Origin: Octopus sinensis | Taxonomy: Eukaryota | Length of the DNA: 64,000 nt | Direction: 5' to 3' | Assembly: GCF_006345805.1 (NCBI RefSeq) | Contig: NC_043011.1 | Coordinates: 12,784,464 to 12,848,463 of the forward strand | The notes under the pieces: generated by a model | The model's database searches: none | Told to the model about the DNA's origin: nothing | What the model saw: the letters and a program-made list of their open reading frames with translations, nothing else | Shown here: in pieces, positions 12,539 to 25,030 of the stretch | Layout: each line of letters starts with the position of its first letter | How positions within the stretch are numbered: the first letter of the stretch is position 1 | Translations under genes and position numbers: made by a program

Positions 12539-14673
12539 TGAGGTGGGCAGCATTAATCGTAAAGTTAACTCTGTCAATTGTCAATCTGTTAACCAAAAAG
12601 TTAACTTTGTTAATCGTTAATCCCTTAATTCTTTGAAAATGTAATGGAAGTTAATGTTAACTTTTATTGAAGAAAGGCATAACTACAATTTAATACCCCA
12701 CAAACTTAGTTTCTTCATAATTTCCAGAAAAATTTATACTTTTTATTGAAACTTTCACCAAATAATCGCCTATATCCTGTAGATTGAGTGTTTGTAAAGA
12801 TTTGTTGGAAAATATTTTCTGAAGGGTTGGAGAGAGGAGTTTCGGAAAATTCACAAAACCGAACATTCTCCCCTCATAACTTTCTGGAAAATAGGTATTT
12901 TTTAATCAAATTTTATACAAATACCTTTCAAAAAATATAGATTACAAAGAAATTTGTTGGCAAAAGTTTGGGAAAAGGACGGATGGGGGAGGAGTTTCTA
13001 GAAAACGAAGTTTCAGAACAGATGGCCCACATAAGTTGGAATTTCTCCATTTTGACGGGGATTTTTTTCCAATGTTTTTCACCAGAATGATGGGTGGCAT
13101 CTTTTCACGAAAAAAAAAAGAAAAGAATTTTGAAAATTTTTTTTTAATCCCGCCACCCCCTCACCACCCCTGTCTGAAACGATTTTAGCCATTTCTGTTT
13201 CACTATGCACTTAAAACCCATGAGAAACATTTTCGCTTTTTAAAAAGTTGTTAATAATTTCAGAGGAAACTATGATTTAAGGGAGATCTAGCTGTTGTTT
13301 CTAGCACATCCTTAACCCTCCCTCCTCGTTTCTTTCTCACTCACACATATATCTATTGATATTTTTCACTATTTTTCTCCCCATAAGCAAATTTTATGGA
13401 ATGATGATGTCAAAGTAACACACATGTAGTCCCAACTGAACGAGACTGTGTTATGTATGTGTAAGAAAAAACACTAAAAACATCTTTAGTGTTTGTTCAC
13501 ATTATTTTGAATTTTTTAGGTCCACAATATTTGCTTCTGACTTTGTAAATTTTTTACATACAGATTTGAAATTTTGTTAGTGGGTGCTTTATATACCACT
13601 GGTGTATAGTTATGTAATTTTAGGTGATCTTGCTGAGTAAATTTTACTTTTATGGGCAGGTAAAATTAATTAATAGGTGTAACAGCAATAACCTTATGGA
13701 TAAACATTAAAATTGTAATTCTTAATGCTTCTTACCTGTTTGATTTGTTACTTAAATTTTCCCAGGTGGCAACCAACAAAAATTGTGCCACTTTTCAAGA
13801 TGAGGTACATGAATTTGAATTAATTAATTACAGTTTTAATCAGTACAAGATTTTCTTTCCGTAAATATTACATACCTCAATGTGGAATAATTTTTTTCCA
13901 CATTTTTTTCAGGTGTATTCAACGTATCTGATCTCCAAACCTGCCACAAGCCACTTTTTTCCGGAAAAGAAAAGTGGGATGGGTGATGGAGACCTCAAAG
14001 TTTCCCACCAAGGGAGTTTTGTTTTGCAGGTCTTTTTTTCTTTTCCAGGATTTTTGCATGCTTTCAGCGAATGTGACATTGAAATCACGCATAAGCAGCT
14101 CCTTTTTCCAGAAAAGGTAAGATTTGGCTGCTATTTCTAGCATACCCTGCAATCATGTAACAGGTATTTGTATTCACACTAAAATATTTACCAACTGTTT
14201 TTCCTTCTATTTATTTTTCCCACTTTATGGAAGTCAATATTTTCTCTAACATCCATCTCACCAAGGTCACAGATCAAGTGGTAACATATCAATCCCTGTT
14301 CCCTCTTGACAGGACATTAGAAATTTTCCCCGCTGTCTTTGCAAGCAACAAGCTGGTGGACTTGGTTTCAAATCCAGGCAGGGCCAAACTAGGTCCTACA
14401 AGTTATTTATAATAATAAGTGGCATTATAAAGGGGTTGAAAGAATGATGCGTACAATATTAAATATGCTAAGATAATCTGAAAACAATAGAAACTTTTAA
14501 ATGTTTGCCAGTTTTTATGAAATTTTGGGGTTACAGACTTGAGTTAACGGAATCTAAGTGTAATGGAAGTTAATTAGTGCAATAATGATTTTCAAATTTA
14601 ACTAAAAGTTAAATCGATAACAAAAATATTAACTTCATTAATTAACGAATTAACGAACTTACGCCCAGCTCTG
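12538..14673 (+). mobile_element. Internally deleted, decayed Tol2/Ac-like hAT transposon
   Basis: Ends CTGAGGTGGGC / GCCCAGCTCTG with flanks TATATATA/TACATATA (7/8 TSD). Plus-strand peptides GFLHAFSECD (cf. Tol2 GLHPFSTVD), LEIFPAV (cf. LLTFPAI) and SNPGRAKLG (cf. SPKRARLD). Tol2 motifs recalled from memory. Confidence 0.65.
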
Positions 14674-14689
14674 TACATATAAAATCCTT

Positions 14690-16050
14690 AAATCCTTAAA
14701 AATGTTTTAGCCCAAAGGCCGCGGCCATGCTGGGGCACCACCGCTGAATGAGCTACACTAATTTGTAAATCCACCTTTGATACGTGGCACTTGATCAACA
14801 AGGGAGTTCGATGCTGCTGCCCACATCTGTGTCTCCTGTCGTGAGGTAGGTTCATCTGGGACTCCCGACAAGAAGAGATCCAGTTTAGTTTTAAAGAAAC
14901 CCACATCCACACCATGTAAGTCTCTCAGGCATTTAGGGAGGATGTTAAAGAGCTGTGGTCCTCTGAAACCCAAGCTGTTGCAGTATCTGGACCTGTATTT
15001 TGATGGTGATGTTGGAATCTTTGGCACCATGCAGTGGCGCCCCATTCTGTGGTTGGGGTAACTTTGAATGCCAAAGTTTGGGACAAGACCCTCCAGGATT
15101 TTTCAGATGTATATCACCGCATATCTCTCCCGCCTCCGCTCTAGGGAGAAGAGGTTTAATACATTCAGTCTTTCCCAGTAGCTGATATTTTGCATTGAGA
15201 CAATTTTCTTTGTGTAGCTTCTCTGAATTGCTTCGAGTTCTGCTGTTAGTTTTATATTGTGTGGTGACCACAGTTGGGAGCAGTAGTCCAAGCGGCTGAG
15301 GACGAATGTTTTCCATAGGACCATCAGTGTCTCCTTCTCTCTTGTTCTGAAAGTTCGGAGAATCCATCCAGCTAGCCGTCTGCATTTTATCACCAGATTA
15401 GCAATATGCACTTGGAAAGATGCATCATTGCTCATGTCAATGCCCAGGTCACGCACTGATTTTGACTCAGGGATTGCAATTCTTCCTGGGCCAGTGTATC
15501 CAGTCTGCATGTCGTTTACCTTTGTGGGCCAATATTTTCAGGGTTTTGTATTGCATGGGAGACTTTTGTGTCATCTGCATAGCTAGCAAGGGTGGTCATC
15601 ATAGCAACTGAAGGCATGTCTGAAAGGGCCACTATGAACATCAGTGGCCCCAAGACAGTGCTCTGTAGGACACCGCTTGCTATTTGTGTTTCCTTGGAGG
15701 TGGCTTCATTGCTCACAACTGCCTGTTTTCTGTCTTTTAGAAAGTTGTGCAGCCACTCTCCAAGTTTTCTGCCTATGCCGAGACCACGCAGTTTGTGACA
15801 GATCATACCATGGTCGACCTTATCAAAGGCTTTTGCAAAGTCGAGATATATTACATCCACATTTGAGCCATTTAGTAGCTGTTTCAACACCCAGTCATAG
15901 TGTTGCAGGAGCTGTGTTAGGCAGCTTCTACCTGGTCGAAATCCATGCTGGGTGTCAGACAGCAAGTCATTTTCTTCAAGGAACATGATTAGTTTCTTAT
16001 GGACTATTCGTTCCATGACTTTGCTGATGTGTGAGGTCAGAGAGATAGGC
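14690..16050 (-). mobile_element. 5'-truncated CR1/L2-group (Crack/Daphne-like) LINE, RT and C-terminus with frameshifts
   Basis: YRPISLTSHISKVMER..QHGFRPGRSCLTQL..VIYLDFAKAFDKVDH..GVLQSTVLGPLMF..YADDTK..RSLGFRGPQLFNILP..VPDEP. 3' tail with stem-loop and short tandem repeat. Confidence 0.92.
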
Positions 16051-16204
16051 CTATATATATATATATATATATATTATATTAAATTAGAGATAAAACTACT
16101 ATTGGGCAAATCATATAATGAAAAACTTAAGCCAATACATAAGATTAATTAATTCACATTATTTAAATATATATCAAAATTATTAAAAAAGATAATTAAA
16201 ATAA

Positions 16205-16268
16205 CACTACGATCATTTCATGGCTGTTCAATTCTTAAAATGTTCAAGTTACAGTCATTCTTCAGGTG
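16205..16268 (-). ncRNA. Type I hammerhead motif (left arm of palindrome)
   Basis: Reverse complement of 16334-16397. Confidence 0.65.
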
Positions 16269-16333
16269 GTTTAAATATTTAACTTGGCAAGGTTTAATCA
16301 TTGATTAAACCTCGCCAAGTTAAATATTTAAAC

Positions 16334-16397
16334 CACCTGAAGAATGACTGTAACTTGAACATTTTAAGAATTGAACAGCCATGAAATGATCGTAGTG
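16334..16397 (+). ncRNA. Type I hammerhead motif (right arm of palindrome)
   Basis: CAC-CTGAAGA-ATGACTGT...ACAGCCAT-GAAAT-GATC-GTA^GTG. 3-bp stem I, 8-bp stem II with one mismatch, U-G wobble in stem III. Confidence 0.65.
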
Positions 16398-16845
16398 TTA
16401 TTTTAATTATCTTTTTTAATAATTTTGATATATATTTAAATAATGTGAATTAATTAATCTTATGTATTGGCTTAAGTTTTTCATTATATGATTTGCCTAA
16501 TAGTGGTTTTATCTCTAATTTAATATAATATATATATATATATATATAGGCCTATCTCTCTGACCTCACACATCAGCAAAGTCATGGAACGAATAGTCCA
16601 TAAGAAACTAATCATGTTCCTTGAAGAAAATGACTTGCTGTCTGACACCCAGCATGGATTTCGACCAGGTAGAAGCTGCCTAACACAGCTCCTGCAACAC
16701 TATGACTGGGTGTTGAAACAGCTACTAAATGGCTCAAATGTGGATGTAATATATCTCGACTTTGCAAAAGCCTTTGATAAGGTCGACCATGGTATGATCT
16801 GTCACAAACTGCGTGGTCTCGGCATAGGCAGAAAACTTGGAGAGT

Positions 16846-16980
16846 TTTGTATGTATGTATGTATGTATGTATGTATGTATGTATGTATGTATGTATGTAT
16901 GTATGCATGTATGCATGTATGCATGTGTGTATGTGTGTATGTATGTATGTATGTGCATGCACGTGTGTGTATGTATATGT
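16846..16980. repeat. (TATG)n microsatellite capping the palindrome
   Basis: Direct inspection. Confidence 0.95.
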
Positions 16981-17326
16981 CCCTTCAAGAAATTAGTTGT
17001 GGTTAGCTCAGAAGTGGAATGAATTCCACCAGGTTTAGATTAGATGTCCAATACACTGTGTGTCATGGACATTGTGAACAAAGTGTGATGTTGTACAAGA
17101 TAGATATGTATGGAAACATATATGGAACATATATGGAAACATATATATCAAGATAGATATTATGGAAACAGGCAGACAGTTGGAAGAATGAATAGATAGA
17201 TGGATAATTATATGTGAATATATACATATATATATATACATATATATATACATATATATATACATATATATATAGAGAGAGAGATGAATGGGTGGGTAGG
17301 CAGGCAGGTAAGAAAGAAAAAAGAAA

Positions 17327-17372
<46 letters not shown>

Positions 17373-18848
17373 AGAAAAGAGATTAGAGAAAAGAGATTAG
17401 GAGGTGAGTATAACTTCTTCCATAAAACTCAGTTTTTCAAGATTTTGCAACAGTAATTGACTGCCACAAGATTGCAGCAGACACAAATAGAATTCTTTTT
17501 TAAATAGCAAAATCCAGAAAACTAAAGTCTAATTACTTGGCAGTGTAGCAAGAAGTGACATATTTAAAATATTTAGATCTTTTGCCAGAATTCCTTTTTA
17601 GACTAGTTTTGGTTACAGTTTAGTTTAAAAAATTTTTTTTACTCCACAATGAACAAAACTAACAAACATAAAGCAGCCAAACATCATTTTGAATCTCTTT
17701 CTGCCTCTGATTTTCTAATTATTGACTAATAATAGAATATTCATTGAAATTCTTGTAAACCTACACCATTTCGGATTCTCCATACCTACCACATACATGC
17801 AGGTGCAAAGTAAAGAAATTTCTAGTGTATTCTGACTAAAAGAATTAATCCTGGAGATAAATGCTCCTGTGGTATGTTCCCGAATAATGTTTCTTAAATT
17901 AACATTAAGCATATTTTTTTGTAAAACTTCACTTTTACCAAACTAAACTGTTTCACAACTATAATAGTCTGTTCAACAGATGCCAAAAATGCTTTGATTA
18001 TCATGTTTTCCTGTGAAAAGTATTATAGTTCTCCATCTCATCCCTACTATAACCACCCCATAGTATTTAGGTGTTTGTTGTACATTCCAGTTTTTACATT
18101 TACAACATACCACTTTATTAAAGAAATGTAATTGGACTAATAAAAATCCCTAAGCATATAAATCACGTTTCTGACTTTCAACATCTGATATAACAATCTA
18201 AATATACCCTGGAAATAACAGTACATGTATAACTTGAAAATGATATTTTCACCTATTGCTAATTTTATTTTTCCTTTGTCCTTTCAACACTAATAATTTA
18301 CTTACAAATCAGTTGAAATTCTAAGCTATGTTTATGATGTTTGAGACTTCTGATTCACTGTGTGATGAAGATGATTTGGTAGGTGAACAGTTGGGCAGGG
18401 GGCTGGTGTTATGTGTGGCAGTGGTGATAATAGTGTTGGAGTTATGATGATGCTGGCGATGAAGATAATGATTTGTAGCATGGAAACAGTCACTAATTTG
18501 TGATGATTTAATCAATGCTGACAATTGAGTGTTATTTACTTCACTACTTTCGAAAGATGAAAATAACTTTAGTTTAAAAAATAACAGAAACTCACCACAA
18601 CATATATATATACATACACATACATACTCACACATGCACATACATACAATTCCACACACATACATACAACTCAACATACATACATACATACAACTCCACA
18701 CACATGCATACTCCCACAAATTTTCTCAAACAAAATTTATATGCTTGTATTATTAAGAATTCACTTTAGAACCATTTGGTGTTGGGTACATTTTCACTGC
18801 ATGGACACTGCTGGAACACAAGCTTCATAACTACACGACCACACCTGA

Positions 18849-18879
<31 letters not shown>

Positions 18880-18882
<3 letters not shown>

Positions 18883-19215
18883 ATAATATTAGGGAGTATG
18901 GCTCCAAACTTACAGGGAAAAATTAGATTTAGGATTAAATCAAATTTCACAGTATAAATATATAAAATATGAATTAGAGATAAAACCACTATTATGCAAC
19001 TCAAACAGTGATAGACATATTACATTATATTTATCATTCTGTTTATACTTTTTGGTTAAAAAAAAAAAATTAATTTAAATTTTAAATTTTATATTTTATA
19101 TATATATATTATATTAATTATATTTATATTATTTGTTATTTATGTATTGGTTTATGTCTATCACTGTTTGAGTTGCCCAATAGTGGTTTTATCTCTAATT
19201 CATATTTTATATATA
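18880..19215. mobile_element. PLE-type terminal fragment with fold-back
   Basis: AAAATATGAATTAGAGATAAAACCACTATT..CAACTCAAACAGTGATAGACATA (~18963-19020) inverted at ~19150-19210. Same family as 16080-16130 and 27452-28170. Confidence 0.65.
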
Positions 19216-19219
19216 TATA

Positions 19220-19259
<40 letters not shown>

Positions 19260-19821
19260 TATGGGTTAGTGGTCAGGGTGTTGCATGCATGGTCTAGTGA
19301 TCATGATTTTAATTCCTAGACCTAGTGGTGCATTGTGTTCTTAAGCAAAACACTTCATCTCACATTCGTTTGCAATCACTTCAACACCTGACACACGGCA
19401 CAAATTGCACCTGTTCAGACAATGTCAATTTGATGAAGGGAGTGAGCTTATGTGCAGCACCTGCATTTGATCTCGTATAAACAAATCATTTGTACAGGTC
19501 GTTCAGCAAAAAGCTGAATGTTCAAATGTTGTCTTTGATGGGAAAGTCCATCATATATATATATGTGTGCATCATTATCATTCAATGTCTGCTTTCCATG
19601 GGTTGGATGGTTTAATTGAAAATTGGTAAGCCAAGGGGATGTACCAGGTTCCAGTCTGATTTTAGCAAGGTGTCTGTGGCTGGATGCCCTTCCTAATGCC
19701 AACCACTCCAAGCATGCAGTAAGTGCTGTATGGCAATATTCCCCTTGACCAGACCTGTTTCATATCACTCACATTTTTTTAATGGATGCTAAAATTGATG
19801 ATGATAATAATAATTATATAA

Positions 19822-19909
<88 letters not shown>

Positions 19910-19924
19910 TGTGTGTGTGTGTGT

Positions 19925-20200
19925 AAAATAATATGTGACAATTATTCAATAGCTAAGATAAAACTCTGAGTTTGGGGTGCCAAGGGGAAAATCCACACCA
20001 CCATCACTTCGGTTATCTGGCCAGTTTTATCTTGACTACCGAATAATTGTCACATATTATTTTACAGATAAATTCCTCTATTTACATAATATTGAGGTTT
20101 CTTTCTTTCTTTTGTTATCATACCGTTTTTACCAATAGTATTATAACACATTCTTTTGATATATATATATATATATATGAAAAGGATGTGTTATAATTCT
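19925..20200. repeat. Two adjacent short inverted repeats next to (GT)n/(TA)n
   Basis: TAAAATAATATGTGACAATTATTC..AAGATAAAACT / AGTTTTATCTT..GAATAATTGTCACATATTATTTTA, and ATTATAACACATTCTTTT / AAAAGGATGTGTTATAAT. Confidence 0.75.
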
Positions 20201-21839
20201 ATTCCACATATACAAAAACAGCCATACCAACAATCCAACATACCTCCATCATCAGCTGCCCCATGGATATCATTATGGTTTCGACACCTGGGCTGTACCA
20301 TTCAATCCGGTGGTGTCAACAGCACTAAAATAAGTGTTGTTTGGGAACAAACATACCAAAGGAACCACAACTTTCAAACACATTTACCCTATGTACAACA
20401 GTATCGGTAGATAAATTCAATAAGTAAATCTATAACCAACTCCTAAATATGTAACTAAACAGCAACCAAACCTTCAAGTCACACAAAAAAATATTCCCTA
20501 CAGTCTTCCATAGTATAATATAAAAGTGAAAGCTTCATAACCACATTCATTCAATCTAAATATAGACAGGATTAAACACTGACTTTAAAATTAAACTACA
20601 ACAAAGAAACACATATTATATATGTGTGTGTGTGTGTGGGTGTGTGTTTGTGTTTGTTCCCCCCACCATCACTTGACAACCAACGTTGGTGTATTTACAT
20701 TCCCAAAACCTAGTGGTTTAGCAAAAGAGACTGATAGAATAAGTACTAGGCTTACAAAGAATAAGTCCTGGGGTCGATTTCTTCGACAAAAGGCAGTGCT
20801 CCAGCGTGGCCACAGTCAAATGACTCAAACAAGTAAAAAAATAAAAGAATTACAACCAAGCAACCATCAGAAGCAGATGGGCACTACAAGAATTTTGTAA
20901 GAAAAACATTTGAACTTCTAAAAGTGATATGATGAAAGATTAATTTATTTCAGTTTATTTTCCTTTCCCTTACAGCATGACTAAAACGACTTCAAACAAT
21001 TGAAACCAGTAGCATATGTTGATAAATGGGGATATTTTCTCTATTTTATTCATGATAAAGTTCTTAAAGCATTTTCTTTTTGTTTTTAGTACAAATTTAC
21101 TCCTGGCAAGCCTTTTAACCTTTTCAATATGTGTGCTTGTATATATATATTTGGTTAATGAGAGAGACAAATGGAAGATACGAGAATTTCTATTAATCAC
21201 TACAACTGTTTTGACCTATATAGCATTGGACTTTCATGGGTGAGATACTTAACAACTGGTTCAGGGGCATCTGATGATGTAGATGTGTCTCTTCGAGTGA
21301 TAAATAGATATAACTCATTAAAATAACGAGTTCTGCTAGGTATGTTCTCAGTTCATGTAAAAAAAAGCAGCAAACTAAAGAATATAGCTTCATTTGTATA
21401 GAAGACCAATAATAAAAAGTAACAGATGCAAAAAAGAAACGAACACACAATGCAGAGGAAAAAGTATTCAATATAATTATTAATGGATATGGATGTATAA
21501 ACTCCTTCACATGGGTTGTATGGTGCATGCACACTTGCTCATTCAAACATCCGCAAAGATGTAAGCATACACACATGTATGGTTTGGCGTACATACGTTC
21601 ACATAGCAAATATATGTACTCACACACACACACACAAATGTATATGTATGTGCGTGTATATATTTGACTTATTGATCACTGTTGTTCTGTGGCATACATC
21701 TAACGAAGATAATGATCAATCCTCTAAACTGTAGTCACCAAAGGGTCATATATACCTTACTTCTCTGAGCAGCAAGAATTAGTTTCCATAGTTAGTGAAA
21801 TGCAGACATTTTCACCACCAAAACTACAAGAAACCCACA

Positions 21840-22280
21840 TCATCATTATTTGTTTAGCGTCCACTTTCCATGCTGGCATGGGTTGGACGGTTCAACTGGG
21901 GTCTGGGAAGCCAGAAGGCTGCACCAGGCCCAGTCTGATCTGGCAATGTTTCTACGGCTGGATGCCCTTCCTAACGCCAACCACTCCATGAGTGTAGTGG
22001 GTGCTTTTTACGTGCCAGACGAGGCTGGCAAACGGCCATGATCGGATGGTGCTTTTTACATGCCACCGGCACAGAGGCCAGGCGAGGCTGGCAATGGCCA
22101 CGATCGGAATATATATATTTCTTTATTACCCAGAAGGGGCTAAACATAGAGGGGACAAATAAGGACAGACAAAGAGATTAAGTCGATAACATCAACCTCA
22201 GTGCGTAACTGGTACTTTATTTATCGACCCCGAAAGGATGAAAGGCAAAAGTTGACCTCGGCGGAATTTGAACTCAGAAC
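21840..22280 (-). mobile_element. RTE-type tail (21840-22110) plus family B SINE (22115-22280)
   Basis: Same diagnostic blocks as 4108-4345 and 4415-4650. Confidence 0.8.
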
Positions 22281-22929
22281 TATTTAGGCTTCTATGAGAG
22301 ACACTTCCATGAAGTAGGTGATCGACATAGAATTCTGTGCTAACTGATCTTACTATGATTGATTTAAATCCTGTCTCACATCACTATATCAAACTCATGC
22401 TACCTCATTAAAATTCTAAGAAATTTCTTGATGTATATGATGACTGAAGTACCAGGCATAAATTCACTACTTTTAGACCAAATTTTCACAAGATTAAGAT
22501 TTACCAACAAATTTTAGAGATTTAACTGTAAGTCATGAAAAAATAAAAACTAACTTTGCATTGTTATTGGCATGACGCATGAGAAATTAAATTTGTTTGA
22601 TTTTATTTATCAAATTTCAATAAAAATCCAATAAACCTGACTTTGGTAAAGATTTATTTATAGGTGACGGCAAATGGAGAAATCATAAGATTAATAGTAT
22701 AAATGCAATGTATCAGTAGGAAGTTTTGGTAGGATCATCTTCCACTGGGATTTTAGCTGTAATCTTCATGACAACCTTCTTACATGTAATCTTTTGCTTA
22801 TATATCTATAACCCCTGCCAGCATGGAAAACAGATGTTAAATGATGATGATGAAATTTATTTTTATGATGAAAAATATCTACTTGAGATGCATCAGTGGT
22901 GTTGTCGTTGCTGTTGTTGTTGCTGTTGA

Positions 22930-23293
22930 GCGAACGGTCTTCGTCCCAGAGCTCGCAAGATGGGAGAAGTCCGAAACGTGGTCCTTTGCTATTCGTAAGA
23001 CCCGCAGAAGAGAAAGCAGGTCAATCCTCGACACCGAGAGCATCGACGGATGGATGAATGTGCATCCAGGCTCAGCAGTTGCGTAGGAAGTCGGGGACAA
23101 GAAACAGGAAGAGAGAGTGAGAGAAAGTTGGGGCGAAAGAGTACAACAGGGATCACCACCATCCCCTGCCAGAGCCTCATGGAGTTTTAGGTGCTTTCAC
23201 TCAATAAACACACACAACACCCAGTCTGGGAATCGAAACCGCGATCCTCCGACCACAAGTCCGCTGCCCTAACCATTGGGCCATTGCACCTCC
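22930..23293 (-). mobile_element. SINE family C with a distinct 3' module
   Basis: Family C tRNA-like head at ~23200-23293. Tail differs from the other family C copies. Confidence 0.75.
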
Positions 23294-24769
23294 TGTTGTT
23301 GTTGTTGTTGGTGGTGTTAATGGTGGTTAGGAGGAGGAGGGGTACTCCAAAGAAGAGTGATGAAAGATAAGAACTCAGAAGGGAAATGAAAACTATTTAA
23401 ATTCAACATAAGATCTCTCAGATATGATTGTTCTGTTATATCTTTCATTGATGGATTTTGAAGGATGCTGAAGATTTCTATTTTGTACTATTTCAAAGAA
23501 TATTTGGCAGGGAATTCTGTCACTTGGGTGAACTTTTAATGTGGCTTCAAAAGATGCTGATACCTCCTTCATCAACTCATCAACATCTGTTATGTTCTTT
23601 TATGTTACCGGCTTTATGAGGTGGTCAGGGTTGTGGATAGTTTGAAACAAGACAAGATCTTTTATATTGATAATCCCCATTGATTGAAGTTTTGTTTTGA
23701 TTCAACCAGCTTTACAAAAGCTTACCAGTTACAAGATTTCAGATTTTGAAGTTTTTACTGATGATCTTACATGTTATTGATGTCTTTGGTTACTAAACCT
23801 TATAAAGTAGCAGTATTTTCAATACTGCTGCTTTTATAAGTTTTGGGTATATTTTTAGCTGATACAATAGGAGTAGCAGAAATATCAATCATGGCAATTC
23901 TTTGTGAGATACAAGGAAGTGATGCTTTTCACATCTTTCATATTTTTAGAAGTGACTTTGGTCATTAACCCTTTCATTACTGTACTTATTTTGAGATGCT
24001 CTGTGTTTCTTTCAATTACTTTAAATATAACAAAGGATTTAGTAAAATAACTTAGTTATCATTAAGCTAGTGTTAGGAACATAAACTGTGACTAAGGTTT
24101 GGTGGAAGATTTTAATTCAGAACTTTTGAAAACAAGACATTTGTACTGAGAGCCAGAGCCGGTTTCAGGCGGGTTGGTAACGAAAGGGTTAAACAGCTTT
24201 GACAAACATAACAGAGTGGAAATCAACATTAATATTACAATTTTTTTTCTCAGTAGATTGTCGTATTTAGTCATATCACTTTATATTCTGAGTTCAAATC
24301 CCAGAGTTGGCTTGGCCTTTAATACTTTAAATTTTGCAGGGATAGAATAAAATTTGTATAATCTAGTAAGACAAAGTCAATAGAATCAACTATTTCCTAT
24401 CCCAAAAATGTGTGGCATTGTACTTATGTTAGAAACTGATATAACAAATGAGTATGAACAATTTCCCCTGTGTGTGAGGCATTTTAAAACTCACCTTGAT
24501 AGAAATTTCCAATATGTGAAAATAGATACATAAATATAATGAATTTATGTATGAAATATATTCTCTGTTTCCGTAGAATAATAATATTGGGGTTATACAT
24601 CCAAATATTCTCAACAAATTGATTTGGCTGACATTAATAGACTAGTTTTGATATTTTGTGGTTCCTCTCTAGACTCAAGCATAGTTCCTCAATTGAAGTA
24701 CTGAAGGTAACATAAAACTGCTCAAAATAAACTGATAGAATTCTACAGAAATAAAAGAAATTCTAAAAA

Positions 24770-25030
24770 GGAAATAGGGATGGATTAATTAATACTCTAA
24801 GGAGACCTCCAAACAAGCATTGCAAGGCAAGTGTCAGACTGGCAGCCAGAAGGAAAGCGGAAGGTTGGACGACCTAAGAAGATGTGGAAAGGATGCATAG
24901 AGGATGAAGTGAAAGCAATTGCTCTCTCTCTCTTGGTCTGAAACCAATGAGGTAGCCCAAGATCCCATCCAATGGCCTGAAATGGTGATGGCCCAGTGCT
25001 CCTTACAGAGTAATGTGGAGTAACTAACTA
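24770..25030 (+). mobile_element. RTE-clade LINE 3' coding remnant
   Basis: TLRRPPNSIARQVSDWQPEGKRKVGRPKKMWKGCIEDEV..AQDPIQW matches the RTE C-terminal GKRxxGRPK motif. Short (TAAC)n tail. Confidence 0.8.

Larger units (their letters stand above)
15755..16845. repeat. ~1.09 kb near-perfect palindrome (1-nt centre at 16301)
   Basis: Arms of ~545 bp each contain ~295 bp of LINE RT, (TA)n and ~230 bp of PLE terminus. I saw three substitutions and a one-unit (TA)n length difference. Confidence 0.95.

Noticed and set aside
13875-14147. Apparent minus-strand exon with good splice sites and three in-frame TGA codons (selenoprotein, or stop-to-Trp RNA editing)
   Set aside because: It lies inside the hAT relic and the plus strand matches transposase motifs, so the minus frame is most simply antisense noise. 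No SECIS was recognised.
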